A stretch of 38,792 nucleotides of DNA, taken from NCBI GenBank assembly GCA_044360575.1, contig JBIKKE010000001.1:1-38792 (forward strand), in the 5' to 3' direction. The number at the start of each line of letters is the position of its first letter. The first letter of the stretch is position 1. The notes below the pieces were generated by a model. It saw nothing but the letters and a program-made list of their open reading frames with translations, made no database searches and was not told the origin of the DNA. Position numbers and translations under genes: made by a program. Origin of the DNA: Limnohabitans sp. Lineage in GTDB: Bacteria; Pseudomonadota; Gammaproteobacteria; Burkholderiales; Burkholderiaceae_C. Shown here in pieces: positions 1 through 10,155 of the stretch.

Positions 1-57
1 AAAGCTGAGCGCCAAACCCAATGCGCCAAGCCCAATGAGGGTGTAGCGTGTGCTCAT
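1..57 (-). CDS. Small hydrophobic protein, 5' part only (runs off the window start)
   Basis: ATG at 57 overlaps the MFS stop (ATGA, 54-57). It reads MSTRYTLIGLGALGLALSF, open to the window edge. Not in the ORF track. Confidence 0.5.
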   Translation of the reverse strand, partial: MSTRYTLIGLGALGLALSF

Positions 58-1265
58 GCGGGCAAAGGTGCTTTTCGCACGATGGGGCTTTCACGCACGG
101 GCAGGTTGACCAAGGCGGCAAAAACGCCCAGCGCCACAGCCAAGTACCAAACGATGTTGTAACTGCCTGTTTTGTCGTACAAATAGCCACCCAACCAAAC
201 GCCCATGAAGGAGCCGATTTGGTGGCTGAAAAAGATGAAGCCACTGAGCATGGACAAGTGGGCTACTCCAAAAATTTGAGCCACTGACGCATTGGTGGGA
301 GGCACGGTAGACAGCCAGAACAAGCCCATCACTGCCGAGAAAATATAAACACTGGTGGGGGTGAGTGGGGCCAGCAAGAACAACACGATGGCCACTGAGC
401 GGGCGGCATAAATAAAGGCCAAGATGTTTTTCTTGGGCATTTTTTGTCCCAAACTGCCAGCGATGTAGGTACCGAAGACGTTGAACAAGCCGATCAAGGC
501 CAGTGCATAGCTGGCCACTTGCGGGGCCAAGCCGTGGTCTTTCAAGTAGCTGGGCATGTGAACGCCGATGAACACGACCTGAAAACCACAGACAAAGTAA
601 CCCGCCATCAGCAACTGAAAGCTGGGGTACTTGAAGGCTTCTTTCAAGGCCTGTGCAATGCTTTGGTCGCGCTGGATTTGGCCCGGTGCGTTCAGGGCTG
701 GCTCGCGCAAGCCCCAAGCCAAAGGCACGATCAGCAAGGCTGCCGCGGCCAAAATCACCAAAGCCGTTTGCCAACCTGCCTGGCTGATCAGCAGGCCCTC
801 AACGGGCACCATCAAAAATTGGCCAAAACTGCCGGCCGCTGCCGCCACGCCCATGGCCCAAGAACGCCGCTCGGCGGGGACGTTGCGACCAATCACTCCG
901 TAGATCACGGCATATGTGGTGCCCGCTTGGGCCGTGCCAATGATCACCCCCGTGAACAGTGCAAAAACCCAGGGGTCTGTGGCCCAAGCCATGCCCAACA
1001 GGCCCACGCTGTAGATCACGGCGCCCAAAGCAATCACGCGAAAGGCCCCGAACTTGTCAGCCACCATGCCGGCAAAAATACCCACAAATCCCCAAGACAG
1101 GTTTTGGATGGCCATGGCAAAACCAAATTCTTGGCGGCCCCAGCCTTGTGCTTGGGTGATGGGCTGTAACCACAGGCCAAAGCCGTGGCGAATGCCCATG
1201 GACAAAGTGACGATGGCCGCGCCGCAAATGAGCACTTGCGCCAATGAAAGAGGTTTGTGTTGCAT
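54..1265 (-). CDS. MFS transporter
   Basis: 403 aa with about 12 hydrophobic segments. MFS motif A-like GMVADKFGAFRV. Confidence 0.9.
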   Translation of the reverse strand: MQHKPLSLAQVLICGAAIVTLSMGIRHGFGLWLQPITQAQGWGRQEFGFAMAIQNLSWGFVGIFAGMVADKFGAFRVIALGAVIYSVGLLGMAWATDPWVFALFTGVIIGTAQAGTTYAVIYGVIGRNVPAERRSWAMGVAAAAGSFGQFLMVPVEGLLISQAGWQTALVILAAAALLIVPLAWGLREPALNAPGQIQRDQSIAQALKEAFKYPSFQLLMAGYFVCGFQVVFIGVHMPSYLKDHGLAPQVASYALALIGLFNVFGTYIAGSLGQKMPKKNILAFIYAARSVAIVLFLLAPLTPTSVYIFSAVMGLFWLSTVPPTNASVAQIFGVAHLSMLSGFIFFSHQIGSFMGVWLGGYLYDKTGSYNIVWYLAVALGVFAALVNLPVRESPIVRKAPLPA

Positions 1266-1300
1266 CGATCGACTTTAACCAATCAGGGGCAAAAAAGTTG

Positions 1301-2176
1301 TCACTTGGGGACGTTCAGCTCGTAGAAGTCACAAATAGCCTGCCAAGCTTGCTCTGGCGTGTCCACGTAATGGAACAGATCGAGGTCACTCGGGGAGATG
1401 GTGCCTTCTTCAAGCAGCACCTCCACGTTGATCAGGCTTTTCCAGAAAGTGGTGCCAAACAGCAAGATCGGCACCGGGCGTGCTTTGCGGGTTTGCACCA
1501 GCGTCATCACTTCAAACAATTCGTCCAGTGTGCCAAATCCACCCGGAAACGCCACCAAAGCTTTGGCTCGCATCATGAAATGCATTTTACGCAGCGCGAA
1601 ATAATGGAACTTGAAGCTCAAGTCCGGGGTGACGAAGCGGTTGGGGTGTTGCTCATGGGGCAGTGCAATGTTGAGCGCCACAGAAATTGCCCCCGCCTCT
1701 TGCGCGCCTCTGTTGGCCGCTTCCATGATGCCTGGCCCGCCACCTGTGCAAATGAACAACTTTTCTGCTTTGGGCAGACATGAACATGAGCGGGCCACGA
1801 GTTGCGCAAAAAGACGTGCGTTTTCGTAGTGTTCAGCGTTGCGCACCAATGCATCGGCTTTGGCGATGTCTTGTTCCTGGCCGCTTTGCTCCGCGATTTG
1901 GCGTTGGGCTTGGGCGCTAGCCCGGTCAACAAAACGGGCGCTGCCAAACACCACCACGGTGTGCTCAATGCCCGCTTCGGTTTGAGCCAGATCCGGTTTG
2001 AGCATCTCAAGCTGAAAGCGAATGCCCCGGGTTTCGCGGCGCAGCAAAAACTCAGGGTCGGCAAAAGCCAGGCGATGCGCCTCAGGCTGAAGCCAGTCGC
2101 TGGACTGAGCGCCCGCTTGTAATTCGTCCCACGCATGGGGCAGTGAGGGGTCTTTGATGTTTTGAGTGTTTTCCAT
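1301..2176 (-). CDS. LOG family (TIGR00730-like) nucleotide phosphoribohydrolase / Rossmann-fold protein
   Basis: Motifs VFGSAR, TGGGPGIMEAANRGA, RKMHF, FPGGFGTLDEL. Start set at ATG 2176 because the longer ORF runs through the efp terminator and CACAAT lies 7 nt upstream. Confidence 0.85.
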   Translation of the reverse strand: MENTQNIKDPSLPHAWDELQAGAQSSDWLQPEAHRLAFADPEFLLRRETRGIRFQLEMLKPDLAQTEAGIEHTVVVFGSARFVDRASAQAQRQIAEQSGQEQDIAKADALVRNAEHYENARLFAQLVARSCSCLPKAEKLFICTGGGPGIMEAANRGAQEAGAISVALNIALPHEQHPNRFVTPDLSFKFHYFALRKMHFMMRAKALVAFPGGFGTLDELFEVMTLVQTRKARPVPILLFGTTFWKSLINVEVLLEEGTISPSDLDLFHYVDTPEQAWQAICDFYELNVPK

Positions 2177-2219
2177 GGCCTTCATTGTGCATGGGCCCAA
2201 AGCGCCTTCATTGCCCATG

Positions 2220-2242
2220 AAAAAAGCCCCTTGCGGGGCTTT
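2220..2242 (-). terminator. Intrinsic terminator after efp
   Basis: On the minus strand: AAAGCCCC-GCAA-GGGGCTTTTTT. Confidence 0.8.
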
Positions 2243-2264
2243 CATGTGGCGTGGTCTGAAGTTG

Positions 2265-2819
2265 TCAGACGCGTTTGCGGTATTCGCCTGTGCGGGTGTC
2301 GATTTCGATCTTGTCGCCTTGGCTCACAAACAGAGGCACTGGCACTTCCATGCCGGTCGCAATTTTGGCGGGCTTGAGGACTTTGCCAGAGGTGTCGCCT
2401 TTGACGGCAGGCTCTGTCCAAGTGATCTCGCGCACCACGCTGGTGGGCAACTCGACCGAAATGGCTTTTTCGTTGTAGAAAACCACTTCGAGTTCCATGC
2501 CGTCTTCAAGGTAGTTCAAAGCATCACCCATGTTGGTGGCTTCGACTTCGTACTGGTTGAAGTCGGTGTCCATGCAAACGTACATGGGGTCAGCGAAGTA
2601 GGAGTAGGTGCAGTCTTTCTTGTCCAGAATGACTTGGTCCATTTTGTCGTCTGCGCGAAACACGACTTCGGTGCCGAAGTTGGCGATCAAGCTCTTGAGC
2701 TTCATGCGCACAGTGGATGAGCCACGGCCGCCGCGTTGGTATTCGGTGCGCAGGACGACCATGGGGTCTTTGCCGTGCATGATGACGTTGCCGACGCGGA
2801 TTTCTTGAGCGGTTTTCAT
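2265..2819 (-). CDS. efp: Elongation factor P (Arg32 type)
   Basis: 184 aa. N-terminal [13 protein letters not shown], loop RGGR32[13 protein letters not shown]-terminal [12 protein letters not shown]. Confidence 0.97.
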   Translation of the reverse strand: MKTAQEIRVGNVIMHGKDPMVVLRTEYQRGGRGSSTVRMKLKSLIANFGTEVVFRADDKMDQVILDKKDCTYSYFADPMYVCMDTDFNQYEVEATNMGDALNYLEDGMELEVVFYNEKAISVELPTSVVREITWTEPAVKGDTSGKVLKPAKIATGMEVPVPLFVSQGDKIEIDTRTGEYRKRV

Positions 2820-2915
2820 AGGAATTGAGTCTGAAATGAAAGGGTGTGGCTTGCAGCCAAGCCCACTATTCTAACCTGAGGGGGCTGCTTTTGGGTTGAA
2901 GAGGCGCGCAGACAC

Positions 2916-3341
2916 TCAGTCCCGCGCCGTCAGGCCTTGGGCCAGAGCGCCCAGCGCAATGCCGCCCAAGGCCCACAAGATGTCGGTGTTTCCGGTACCC
3001 AGTGCCGCAATGGCAGGGCCGGGGCAAACGCCACTCAGGCCCCAGCCCACGCCAAAAATGGCCGAACCGATCACCGTCTGACGGTTCCAGCTGGCAGGCT
3101 GCGTGAGGAACTGGCCCCCCAGCAAGGGGCGACTGAACCACCGCGGAAAGCCTTTGTAAGCCAGCATGGCCAGGCCAGCAGCACCGCCCATGACCAGCAT
3201 CAGGCCCCAGTCCTTGAACTGCAAAAAGCCGATGACGACTTCGGGTTGGACCATGGTGGCCAGCGACAGACCAAAGCCAAACAAGGCCCCGGCCAGTAAG
3301 GTGACCAGCGCTTTGGGGAAAGTGAGTGTGTGCGGATTCAT
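2916..3341 (-). CDS. YeeE/YedE family small membrane protein (sulfur-compound transport family)
   Basis: GALFGFGLS and FGVGWGLSGVCPGPA motifs. Start ATG 3341 overlaps the upstream stop (ATGA). Confidence 0.85.
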   Translation of the reverse strand: MNPHTLTFPKALVTLLAGALFGFGLSLATMVQPEVVIGFLQFKDWGLMLVMGGAAGLAMLAYKGFPRWFSRPLLGGQFLTQPASWNRQTVIGSAIFGVGWGLSGVCPGPAIAALGTGNTDILWALGGIALGALAQGLTARD

Positions 3342-3820
3342 GCCAGACCTTTCGTCGCCATGGCCATGAGGTTGGCCGTCAAAAAGGCGGTGGCCATAAA
3401 GGTGAGCACCGCGCCCAGCGAGGGCAACTGAAGCGAGCCCAGTCCGCAAATGCCGTGGCCCGAGGTGCAGCCATTGCCCAAACGCGCCCCATAGCCCACC
3501 AAAAAGCCGCCCATCAGCAACTGCCACACTGGCACGCTGGTGTGTTGCGCTTCGCCGCCTGCCAGCGCAAAGCGCCAGACCAGCGCGCCCAGCACCACGC
3601 CCAGCGCATAAACCAGCCGCCAGTTGCGGGTGTTGATAAAGCGGGCTTGCTGGAAAAATGCCTTTTGGGTCACAAAAGACCAGCTGCTGGAAAAGACGGA
3701 ACTCATGCCGCCGACCCAGCCGTTGAACACATAAAGCAGCGCCACACCAGCGCCGATCGTCAGGCCGCCCAGCAGGTAGTGCTGCCAGCCGAGGGGGAAC
3801 AGGGTTTCAATCAAAGTCAT
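3338..3820 (-). CDS. YeeE/YedE family small membrane protein
   Basis: 160 aa, hydrophobic, with the GYGARLGNGCTSGHGICG motif. Confidence 0.88.
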   Translation of the reverse strand: MTLIETLFPLGWQHYLLGGLTIGAGVALLYVFNGWVGGMSSVFSSSWSFVTQKAFFQQARFINTRNWRLVYALGVVLGALVWRFALAGGEAQHTSVPVWQLLMGGFLVGYGARLGNGCTSGHGICGLGSLQLPSLGAVLTFMATAFLTANLMAMATKGLA

Positions 3821-3847
3821 GGGGCGGGATTATCCGCGCAGGGGACA

Positions 3848-4936
3848 TCAGGGGTTTGATGTCTGCGCTTGTACAAAGGCCATGAGTTGGACGTGCAAAG
3901 CGTTTTGAAGGAGCAGTTTGGCGCGTGCAGCTGTGGCGCAGGCGAACCAAGCCTCAAGAATCTCGGGGTTCAAGGTGAGCCAAGCCGTGTTTTCAATCCC
4001 GTTCCAAACCCGATGCGCCTGCCGCAGACTCTCTGGCGCTCGCATCCACTCCAGAAACGACTCCAGCTTGGCATGGTGTGCGTTGTCGTCTTGTGGGTAG
4101 ATGTGCCAGATGAAGGGTTGGCCCGACCACAGAGCGCGCGCCAGAGAGTCTTCGCCGCGCACAAAGTTGAGGTTGCAGGCCCAAAGCATGTCGTCAAAGC
4201 CGTTTTGGTCGGTGTAGGGCAAAGCGCTCCAGTTGGGGGGCGCAGGCATTTGGTGCAGGGCTTGCCGCACTGCCGCCAGCGGGCGGCCGGGGGTGACGAG
4301 CAGGTGGTGGGGTGTGCCCACCAGTTGGTGCAGCAGCTGGGGCAATGCAGCGGGTTCGTAGCAGAACAGGCTGATCAGCAAGCCGCTCGGTGCCAAGTTG
4401 GGGGCGTGTTGCTGACGCCAGGCAACGCGGTCGAAGCTGTGTTGCCGGGTCAGCAAATCGGTCTCGCGCAGCAGGCCGCCGGTGCCCTCTGTGAAGCCGG
4501 GGTAGAAAAAGCGCTTGGTCCAGCCTTTGGCCGGGCCGCTCATCACGGGCGAGGGCATGTTGTGCATGCGGGACACCCAGTCTTCGGCGCTCAAATATTC
4601 CAGGTTGATCCACGCCGGTTGTTGCGGGTGAGTGGCAACGCCGTGGGCCACAAAGGCTTCGGGCAGGGTACAGCCAAAGGCTTCGATCCACACGTCAGCG
4701 GACGCGAGGTTTTGCAGTACTTCGGGTTGGCTGGCGGCTGCCCAGGGCAGCACTTGTAAATGGGGCAGGGCATGGGCGTCGGGGGCCATCCAGGCGAGGG
4801 CCGAGGCGTCATCTACCCACAAGCGCACCGATTGGCCTTGGGCCAGCAGCTGGCGAGTTAGGCGCCAGCAAACGCCCAGGTCACCGTGGTTGTCAATCAC
4901 GGTGCAGAAAATGTCCCAAAGCCGATGCGTTTTCAT
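3848..4936 (-). CDS. earP: EF-P arginine rhamnosyltransferase
   Basis: WDIFCTVIDNHGDLGVCWRL, WINLEYLSAE, FFYPGF, NFVRGEDS, WHIYPQDDNAH. Lies near efp. Start set at MKTHR (4936). Confidence 0.95.
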   Translation of the reverse strand: MKTHRLWDIFCTVIDNHGDLGVCWRLTRQLLAQGQSVRLWVDDASALAWMAPDAHALPHLQVLPWAAASQPEVLQNLASADVWIEAFGCTLPEAFVAHGVATHPQQPAWINLEYLSAEDWVSRMHNMPSPVMSGPAKGWTKRFFYPGFTEGTGGLLRETDLLTRQHSFDRVAWRQQHAPNLAPSGLLISLFCYEPAALPQLLHQLVGTPHHLLVTPGRPLAAVRQALHQMPAPPNWSALPYTDQNGFDDMLWACNLNFVRGEDSLARALWSGQPFIWHIYPQDDNAHHAKLESFLEWMRAPESLRQAHRVWNGIENTAWLTLNPEILEAWFACATAARAKLLLQNALHVQLMAFVQAQTSNP

Positions 4937-4983
4937 GGTGAGGGATTGTCGGGGCAATTTGTTTCCCCGTCACAATAAGCGCC

Positions 4984-6924
4984 ATGACAGCGGTACACGA
5001 CGAATCTTTGCTGGCCCAGGTGGCTGCCCTCCCGGCTTTGCCGGGGGTTTACCGCTACTTTGATGCGCAGGGCAATGTGCTGTATGTGGGCAAAGCCAAG
5101 CAACTCAAAAAGCGGGTATCGAGCTATTTTCAAAAGGACCATGGCGGCACCCGCATCGGTCACATGGTCAGCAAAATCGCCCGCATGGAGACCACAGTGG
5201 TGCGCTCCGAAGCCGAGGCGTTGCTGCTTGAAAACAACCTGATCAAGTCGCTCAGTCCCCGCTTCAACATTTTGTTTCGGGACGACAAGACCTACCCCTA
5301 CCTCAAGCTCACGGGCAACGGCACGCTGTTTTTGAAGGCCGTGCCAAGCGCTTTTGGGGTGCCCGAGCCGCAAACCTTTCCGCGCGTGGCGTATTACCGG
5401 GGTTCGGTTGAAAAAAAGCACCGGTACTTTGGGCCTTTTCCAAGTGCTTGGGCGGTCAAGGAGTCGATTCAGCTTTTGCAAAAGGTGTTTCGCCTGCGGA
5501 CCTGCGAAGACACGGTGTTTGCCAACCGAACTCGGCCTTGTTTGCTGTTTCAAATCAAGCGTTGCTCGGGTCCGTGCGTCAACTTGATTACCCCCGAGGC
5601 GTATGCCGACGACGTGCACCACGCCGAGCGCTTCTTGAAGGGCGAGACCCAGGCGCTGCTGCAAGAGATGGAGGCCCGCATGATGGCGCATGCTGAACGC
5701 TTGGCCTTTGAGCAAGCAGCGGAGGTGCGCAACCAAATGACCGCTTTGTCGCGCGTGCTGCACCAGCAGTCGGTGGACACCGGCACCGATACCGATGTGG
5801 ACATTTTGGCCGTGCGCGTGCAGGGCGGCCGCGCTTGCGTGAACCTGGCCATGGTGCGCGGCGGTCGGCATCTGGGCGACCGGGCCTACTTTCCGGCGCA
5901 CGTCGAAGATGCGCATGCTTTGCAGACGATTGAAGACGACGGGCACCCGTTGGTGGCTGTGGAAGTGCAGGTGCTCGAAGCCTTCATTGCACAGCACTAC
6001 ATTGGTATTCCGGTGCCCGCAGCCTTGATCACCAGTGTGGCGGTGGACAAAGCTTTGGTGGCCGCTTTGTCGCAGCAAGCTGGCTACAAAATCGCTGCCG
6101 TCCACAATCCGCGCGAGCAGCGCCGAGTGTGGCTGGAAATGAGCGAAAAAAATGCCGACATCAAGCTTGCACGGCTTCTGGCCGAAGAAGGCTCACAACA
6201 AGCCCGTACACGGGCCTTGGCCGATGCCTTGGATTTGGCCCCAGACGATTTGGACCAGCTGCACATCGAGTGTTTTGACATCTCGCACACGGCCGGCGAG
6301 AACACCCAAGCCTCTTGCGTGGTATTTCGCCAGCACAAGATGCTAAGCAGCGAATACCGGCGCTACAACATCGAGGGCATCACGCCCGGTGACGATTACG
6401 CGGCGATGCGCCAAGTGTTGATGCGCCGTTACGGCAAATTGGCTGAGGCTTTGCGCTCGGGGGAGGGTACGGCCCGGCTGCCAGATTTGGTGCTGATCGA
6501 CGGCGGTAAAGGCCAGGTCAGTATGGCGCGTGAAGTGTTCACCGACCTTGGGCTGGACCTCTCGCGCATTGTGGGGGTCGAAAAAGGCGAGGGCCGCAAG
6601 GTGGGCCTCGAAGAACTGGTTTTTGCCGATGGCCGCGAGAAAGTCTATTTGGGCAAAGACTCTGCGGCACTGATGCTGGTGGCGCAAATTCGCGACGAGG
6701 CGCACCGCTTTGCCATCACCGGCATGCGGGCTCAGCGGGCCAAGGTGCGCATGGGTGGCAGCAAGATCGAGGAAATTCCCGGCATCGGGCCGCGCAAACG
6801 GGCCAAACTGCTGCAGCGCTTTGGCGGGGTGCGTGGGGTCGAAAGCGCCAGTGTGGAAGATTTACTCGGGGTGGAGGGCATCTCGCGGGAGTTGGCCGAG
6901 ACCATTTACAACGCCTTGCACTGA
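4984..6924 (+). CDS. uvrC: Excinuclease ABC subunit C
   Basis: GIY-YIG domain (PGVY...YVGKA), [29 protein letters not shown]-terminal HhH (IPGIGP). Confidence 0.97.
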   Translation: MTAVHDESLLAQVAALPALPGVYRYFDAQGNVLYVGKAKQLKKRVSSYFQKDHGGTRIGHMVSKIARMETTVVRSEAEALLLENNLIKSLSPRFNILFRDDKTYPYLKLTGNGTLFLKAVPSAFGVPEPQTFPRVAYYRGSVEKKHRYFGPFPSAWAVKESIQLLQKVFRLRTCEDTVFANRTRPCLLFQIKRCSGPCVNLITPEAYADDVHHAERFLKGETQALLQEMEARMMAHAERLAFEQAAEVRNQMTALSRVLHQQSVDTGTDTDVDILAVRVQGGRACVNLAMVRGGRHLGDRAYFPAHVEDAHALQTIEDDGHPLVAVEVQVLEAFIAQHYIGIPVPAALITSVAVDKALVAALSQQAGYKIAAVHNPREQRRVWLEMSEKNADIKLARLLAEEGSQQARTRALADALDLAPDDLDQLHIECFDISHTAGENTQASCVVFRQHKMLSSEYRRYNIEGITPGDDYAAMRQVLMRRYGKLAEALRSGEGTARLPDLVLIDGGKGQVSMAREVFTDLGLDLSRIVGVEKGEGRKVGLEELVFADGREKVYLGKDSAALMLVAQIRDEAHRFAITGMRAQRAKVRMGGSKIEEIPGIGPRKRAKLLQRFGGVRGVESASVEDLLGVEGISRELAETIYNALH

Positions 6925-6987
6925 CCTCAAACATTCAGACACACGGGTGTCAGACTCTTGCAGGCATCACATGCCACAATCGAAACC

Positions 6988-7557
6988 ATGTTTTTCACGA
7001 TTCCCACCATCATGACTTGGACGCGCATTGCCGCGATCCCTTTGATCATTGGCGTGTATTATTTGGACAGTCTGTCAATTGAGACCCAGAACCTGATCGC
7101 CACGCTGATGTTTGTGGTGTTTGCCTGGACGGACTGGCTTGACGGCTTTTTGGCCCGAAAACTCAACCAAACTTCAGCTTTCGGTGCATTTTTGGACCCA
7201 GTGGCCGACAAGTTTTTGGTTTGTGCGGCATTGCTCATGTTGGTTCAAATGGACCGAGTGAACGTGTTGGTCGCGCTCATCATCATCGGCCGCGAGATCG
7301 CCATTTCGTCTTTGCGTGAATGGATGGCGCAAATTGGTGCCAGCAAAAGTGTGGCCGTACACATGGTTGGCAAACTCAAGACCACGGTACAAATGGTGGC
7401 TATTCCGTTTTTGCTCTACAACGGCACCTTGTTGGGTGTGATTGATACCCGCGCTTGGGGTGCAGTGCTGATTGTGGTGGCCGCCATCTTGACGGTTTGG
7501 TCTATGGTCTATTACATGCAGAAGGCTTTGCCTGAAATCCGAGCCCGCGTGAAATGA
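6988..7557 (+). CDS. pgsA: CDP-diacylglycerol--glycerol-3-phosphate 3-phosphatidyltransferase
   Basis: CDP-alcohol phosphotransferase motif DWLDGFLAR...GAFLDPVADK. Follows uvrC, as in many proteobacteria. Start set at ATG 6988. Confidence 0.95.
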   Translation: MFFTIPTIMTWTRIAAIPLIIGVYYLDSLSIETQNLIATLMFVVFAWTDWLDGFLARKLNQTSAFGAFLDPVADKFLVCAALLMLVQMDRVNVLVALIIIGREIAISSLREWMAQIGASKSVAVHMVGKLKTTVQMVAIPFLLYNGTLLGVIDTRAWGAVLIVVAAILTVWSMVYYMQKALPEIRARVK

Positions 7558-8474
7558 CCCTGGGCCGATCGTCGGGTGCTTGGGTCTGGGCTACCCCAGT
7601 GGTCTTTGTGCTGATCTGGAGTACGGGTTTCATCGTCGCCCGTTTCGGCATGCCACATTCGCCGCCATTTTCTTTTTTGTTGTTGCGCTACTTGCTTTCC
7701 ATGGCCTGTTTTTTGCCTTGGATTTTGTGGGCCAGGGTTCCTTGGCCGCAAACACGGCAACAGTGGATTCATCTGTCGGTGACTGGCGTTTTGATACAAG
7801 CTTGTTATTTGGGAGGCGTTTGGGCGGCCGTCAAGGGGGGAATGGGTTCTGGACTTTCCTCTTTGGTGGTGGGTATTCAGCCAGTGCTCACAGCGATTTG
7901 GTTGTCGTGGATGTCCCGCCCATCCTCAGCAGTGGATGCGGCTTCGCCAGCCGTGACCCCCCGCCAGTGGTTGGGTTTGTTGCTTGGATTTGTGGGTTTG
8001 TTGATGGTGGTCTGGCACAAACTCAGCGTGTCTAACCCCATGGACCATGTGACACCCGCCAATATGGCGTTAGCCATCGGCGCATTGTTGGCCATCACAG
8101 CGGGAACGCTTTACCAAAAACGGTTTGTGCATCCCTGCGATGTTCGAACAGCCAACACCGTTCAGCTCATGGCTTCTGCGGTGGTCACCTTGCCGCTGGC
8201 GCTGCTGGAGACTGAAGCCATGAGCTGGAACGATCAATTGATAGGGGCTATGGCTTGGTCGGTTTTGGGCCTGACGCTGGGTGGCAGCTCGCTCTTTTAC
8301 ATTCTGATTCAACGCGGCGCCGCGGCAGCTGTCACCAGTTTGTTGTATTTGGTGCCACCGACAACGGCGGTGATGGCTTGGTTCTTGTTTGGCGAAAGCA
8401 TCACGACCCTGACCTTGGCCGGAACAGCCCTCACGGCCTTGGGGGTTGCCTTGGTGGTTCGGTCACCTCGGTGA
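7554..8474 (+). CDS. DMT/EamA family transporter
   Basis: 306 aa with about 10 TM segments. LIWSTGF, QPVLTA, LYLVPP...FGE. ATGA overlap with pgsA. Confidence 0.88.
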   Translation: MTLGRSSGAWVWATPVVFVLIWSTGFIVARFGMPHSPPFSFLLLRYLLSMACFLPWILWARVPWPQTRQQWIHLSVTGVLIQACYLGGVWAAVKGGMGSGLSSLVVGIQPVLTAIWLSWMSRPSSAVDAASPAVTPRQWLGLLLGFVGLLMVVWHKLSVSNPMDHVTPANMALAIGALLAITAGTLYQKRFVHPCDVRTANTVQLMASAVVTLPLALLETEAMSWNDQLIGAMAWSVLGLTLGGSSLFYILIQRGAAAAVTSLLYLVPPTTAVMAWFLFGESITTLTLAGTALTALGVALVVRSPR

Positions 8475-8530
8475 ATGCACCCCCATTCACTTGTCTGTAT
8501 TCTCTGCATTTTTTGAAAAAGGAAAACCCC

Positions 8531-9616
8531 ATGACCCGACACCGTATTGTCGTGATTCCCGGAGACGGCATTGGCAAAGAAGTCATGCCTGAAGGCCTAC
8601 GCGTGATGGACGCTGCGGCTCGTAAGTTCGGCATCGATTTGCAGTTTGACCATTTCGATTTTTCCAGCTGGGACTATTTCGAAAAGCACGGGAAAATGTT
8701 GCCCGACAACTGGAAAGACCAGATTGGTGGCCACGATGCGCTGTACTTTGGCGCCGTTGGCTGGCCTGACAAAATCGCTGACCACGTTTCTTTGTGGGGC
8801 TCATTGCTGCTCTTTCGCCGGGAATTTGACCAGTACATCAATTTGCGTCCAGCCCGTCTGATGCCCGGCATCATTGCGCCCGTGGTGCGCCGCGATGGCA
8901 GCCCTCGTCAACCCGGTGAAATTGACATGTACATCGTGCGTGAAAACACCGAGGGCGAGTACTCCAGCATTGGCGGGCGCATGTTCCCTGGAACCGAGCG
9001 TGAAATCGTGATGCAAGAGACGGTGATGTCGCGCATCGGCGTCGATCGCGTGTTGAAATTTGCATTTGAATTGGCGCAATCGCGTCCCAAAAAACACCTC
9101 ACCAGCGCCACCAAGTCCAACGGTATTGCCATCACCATGCCTTATTGGGACGAACGCGTGGCAGAAATGGCCAAGTCTTATCCCGGGGTCAATGTCGATA
9201 AATTCCACATTGATATCTTGACGGCCCACTTTGTTCAGCGTCCAGACTTCTTTGATGTGGTGGTGGCCAGTAATTTGTTTGGCGACATCCTGAGCGATTT
9301 GGGTCCTGCATGCACCGGCACGATCGGCATTGCGCCCAGTGCCAACCTCAACCCAGATCGCAAGTTTCCATCCTTGTTTGAACCGGTACACGGGTCTGCC
9401 CCTGACATCGCAGGCAAGGGCGTGGCCAATCCGATTGGTCAAATATGGTGTGGCGCCATGATGCTCGAATTCTTGGGCTACAAAGCCGCTCACGATGCGG
9501 TTTTGAGCGCCATTGAAAAAGTTCTTGCGGCAGGAAACGATGCCCCGCGCACGCCCGATTTGGGCGGCAAAGCCAGCACTTCTGACGTGGGACGCGCCAT
9601 TTGTGAGGCTTTGTGA
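8531..9616 (+). CDS. dmlA: Tartrate / D-malate dehydrogenase (decarboxylating), isocitrate/isopropylmalate DH family
   Basis: IPGDGIGKEV, DHVSLWG, RENTEGEY, SATKSNG, NLFGDILSDL, FEPVHGSAPDIAG. AAGGA RBS before ATG 8531. Confidence 0.88.
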   Translation: MTRHRIVVIPGDGIGKEVMPEGLRVMDAAARKFGIDLQFDHFDFSSWDYFEKHGKMLPDNWKDQIGGHDALYFGAVGWPDKIADHVSLWGSLLLFRREFDQYINLRPARLMPGIIAPVVRRDGSPRQPGEIDMYIVRENTEGEYSSIGGRMFPGTEREIVMQETVMSRIGVDRVLKFAFELAQSRPKKHLTSATKSNGIAITMPYWDERVAEMAKSYPGVNVDKFHIDILTAHFVQRPDFFDVVVASNLFGDILSDLGPACTGTIGIAPSANLNPDRKFPSLFEPVHGSAPDIAGKGVANPIGQIWCGAMMLEFLGYKAAHDAVLSAIEKVLAAGNDAPRTPDLGGKASTSDVGRAICEAL

Positions 9617-9869
9617 GGATTTGTCTGGTGCCATCCAGCGCAGCCGGGCTCTTGAATTAAAAACTGTTCCAGCTTTTACGGAGCTTGAATTTCAAGGCTA
9701 GAATTAACTATTCCCCGCGTGAACAGAAGGTTTTTAGACGCACCCACAAGGTGATTATTTCTTCCTGCTGTCCACCTATTGTCGATGTCTCGCGCCACGG
9801 AACCCTTCTTGTGCTGGCAGGCATCTGTTTAACCACCGTGATAAACGGTCTAATACCCAGAGGTTTTTT

Positions 9870-10142
9870 GTGAACAAAACTGAATTGATCGAACACATTG
9901 CCAAGCATGCTGATTTGTCCAAGGCAGCGGCTGGTCGCGCCCTTGAGGCCACCATGGGCGCAGTCCGTACCACCCTGAAAAAAGGCGGTACTGTTTCTTT
10001 GGTAGGTTTTGGTACCTTTGCCGTTGGAAAGCGCGCAGCCCGTACAGGCCGCAACCCACGCACTGGCGCTGCGATTAAAATCAAGAAAGCCAATGTGCCA
10101 AAGTTCCGTCCAGGCAAAGGCCTGAAGGACGCTTTGAACTGA
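9870..10142 (+). CDS. hupB: DNA-binding protein HU
   Basis: 90 aa, MNKTELI...GFGTF...RTGRNPRTG...[17 protein letters not shown] start preceded by AGAGG. Confidence 0.95.
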   Translation: MNKTELIEHIAKHADLSKAAAGRALEATMGAVRTTLKKGGTVSLVGFGTFAVGKRAARTGRNPRTGAAIKIKKANVPKFRPGKGLKDALN

Positions 10143-10155
10143 TAGATATTTGAGG

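Noticed and set aside
8255-8530. N-terminal extensions in the ORF track for tartrate DH (also alaS, CaiB, crotonase, trmB, yeeE', scoB)
   Set aside because: They overlap neighbouring genes and precede the family-typical N-termini, so downstream starts were chosen.
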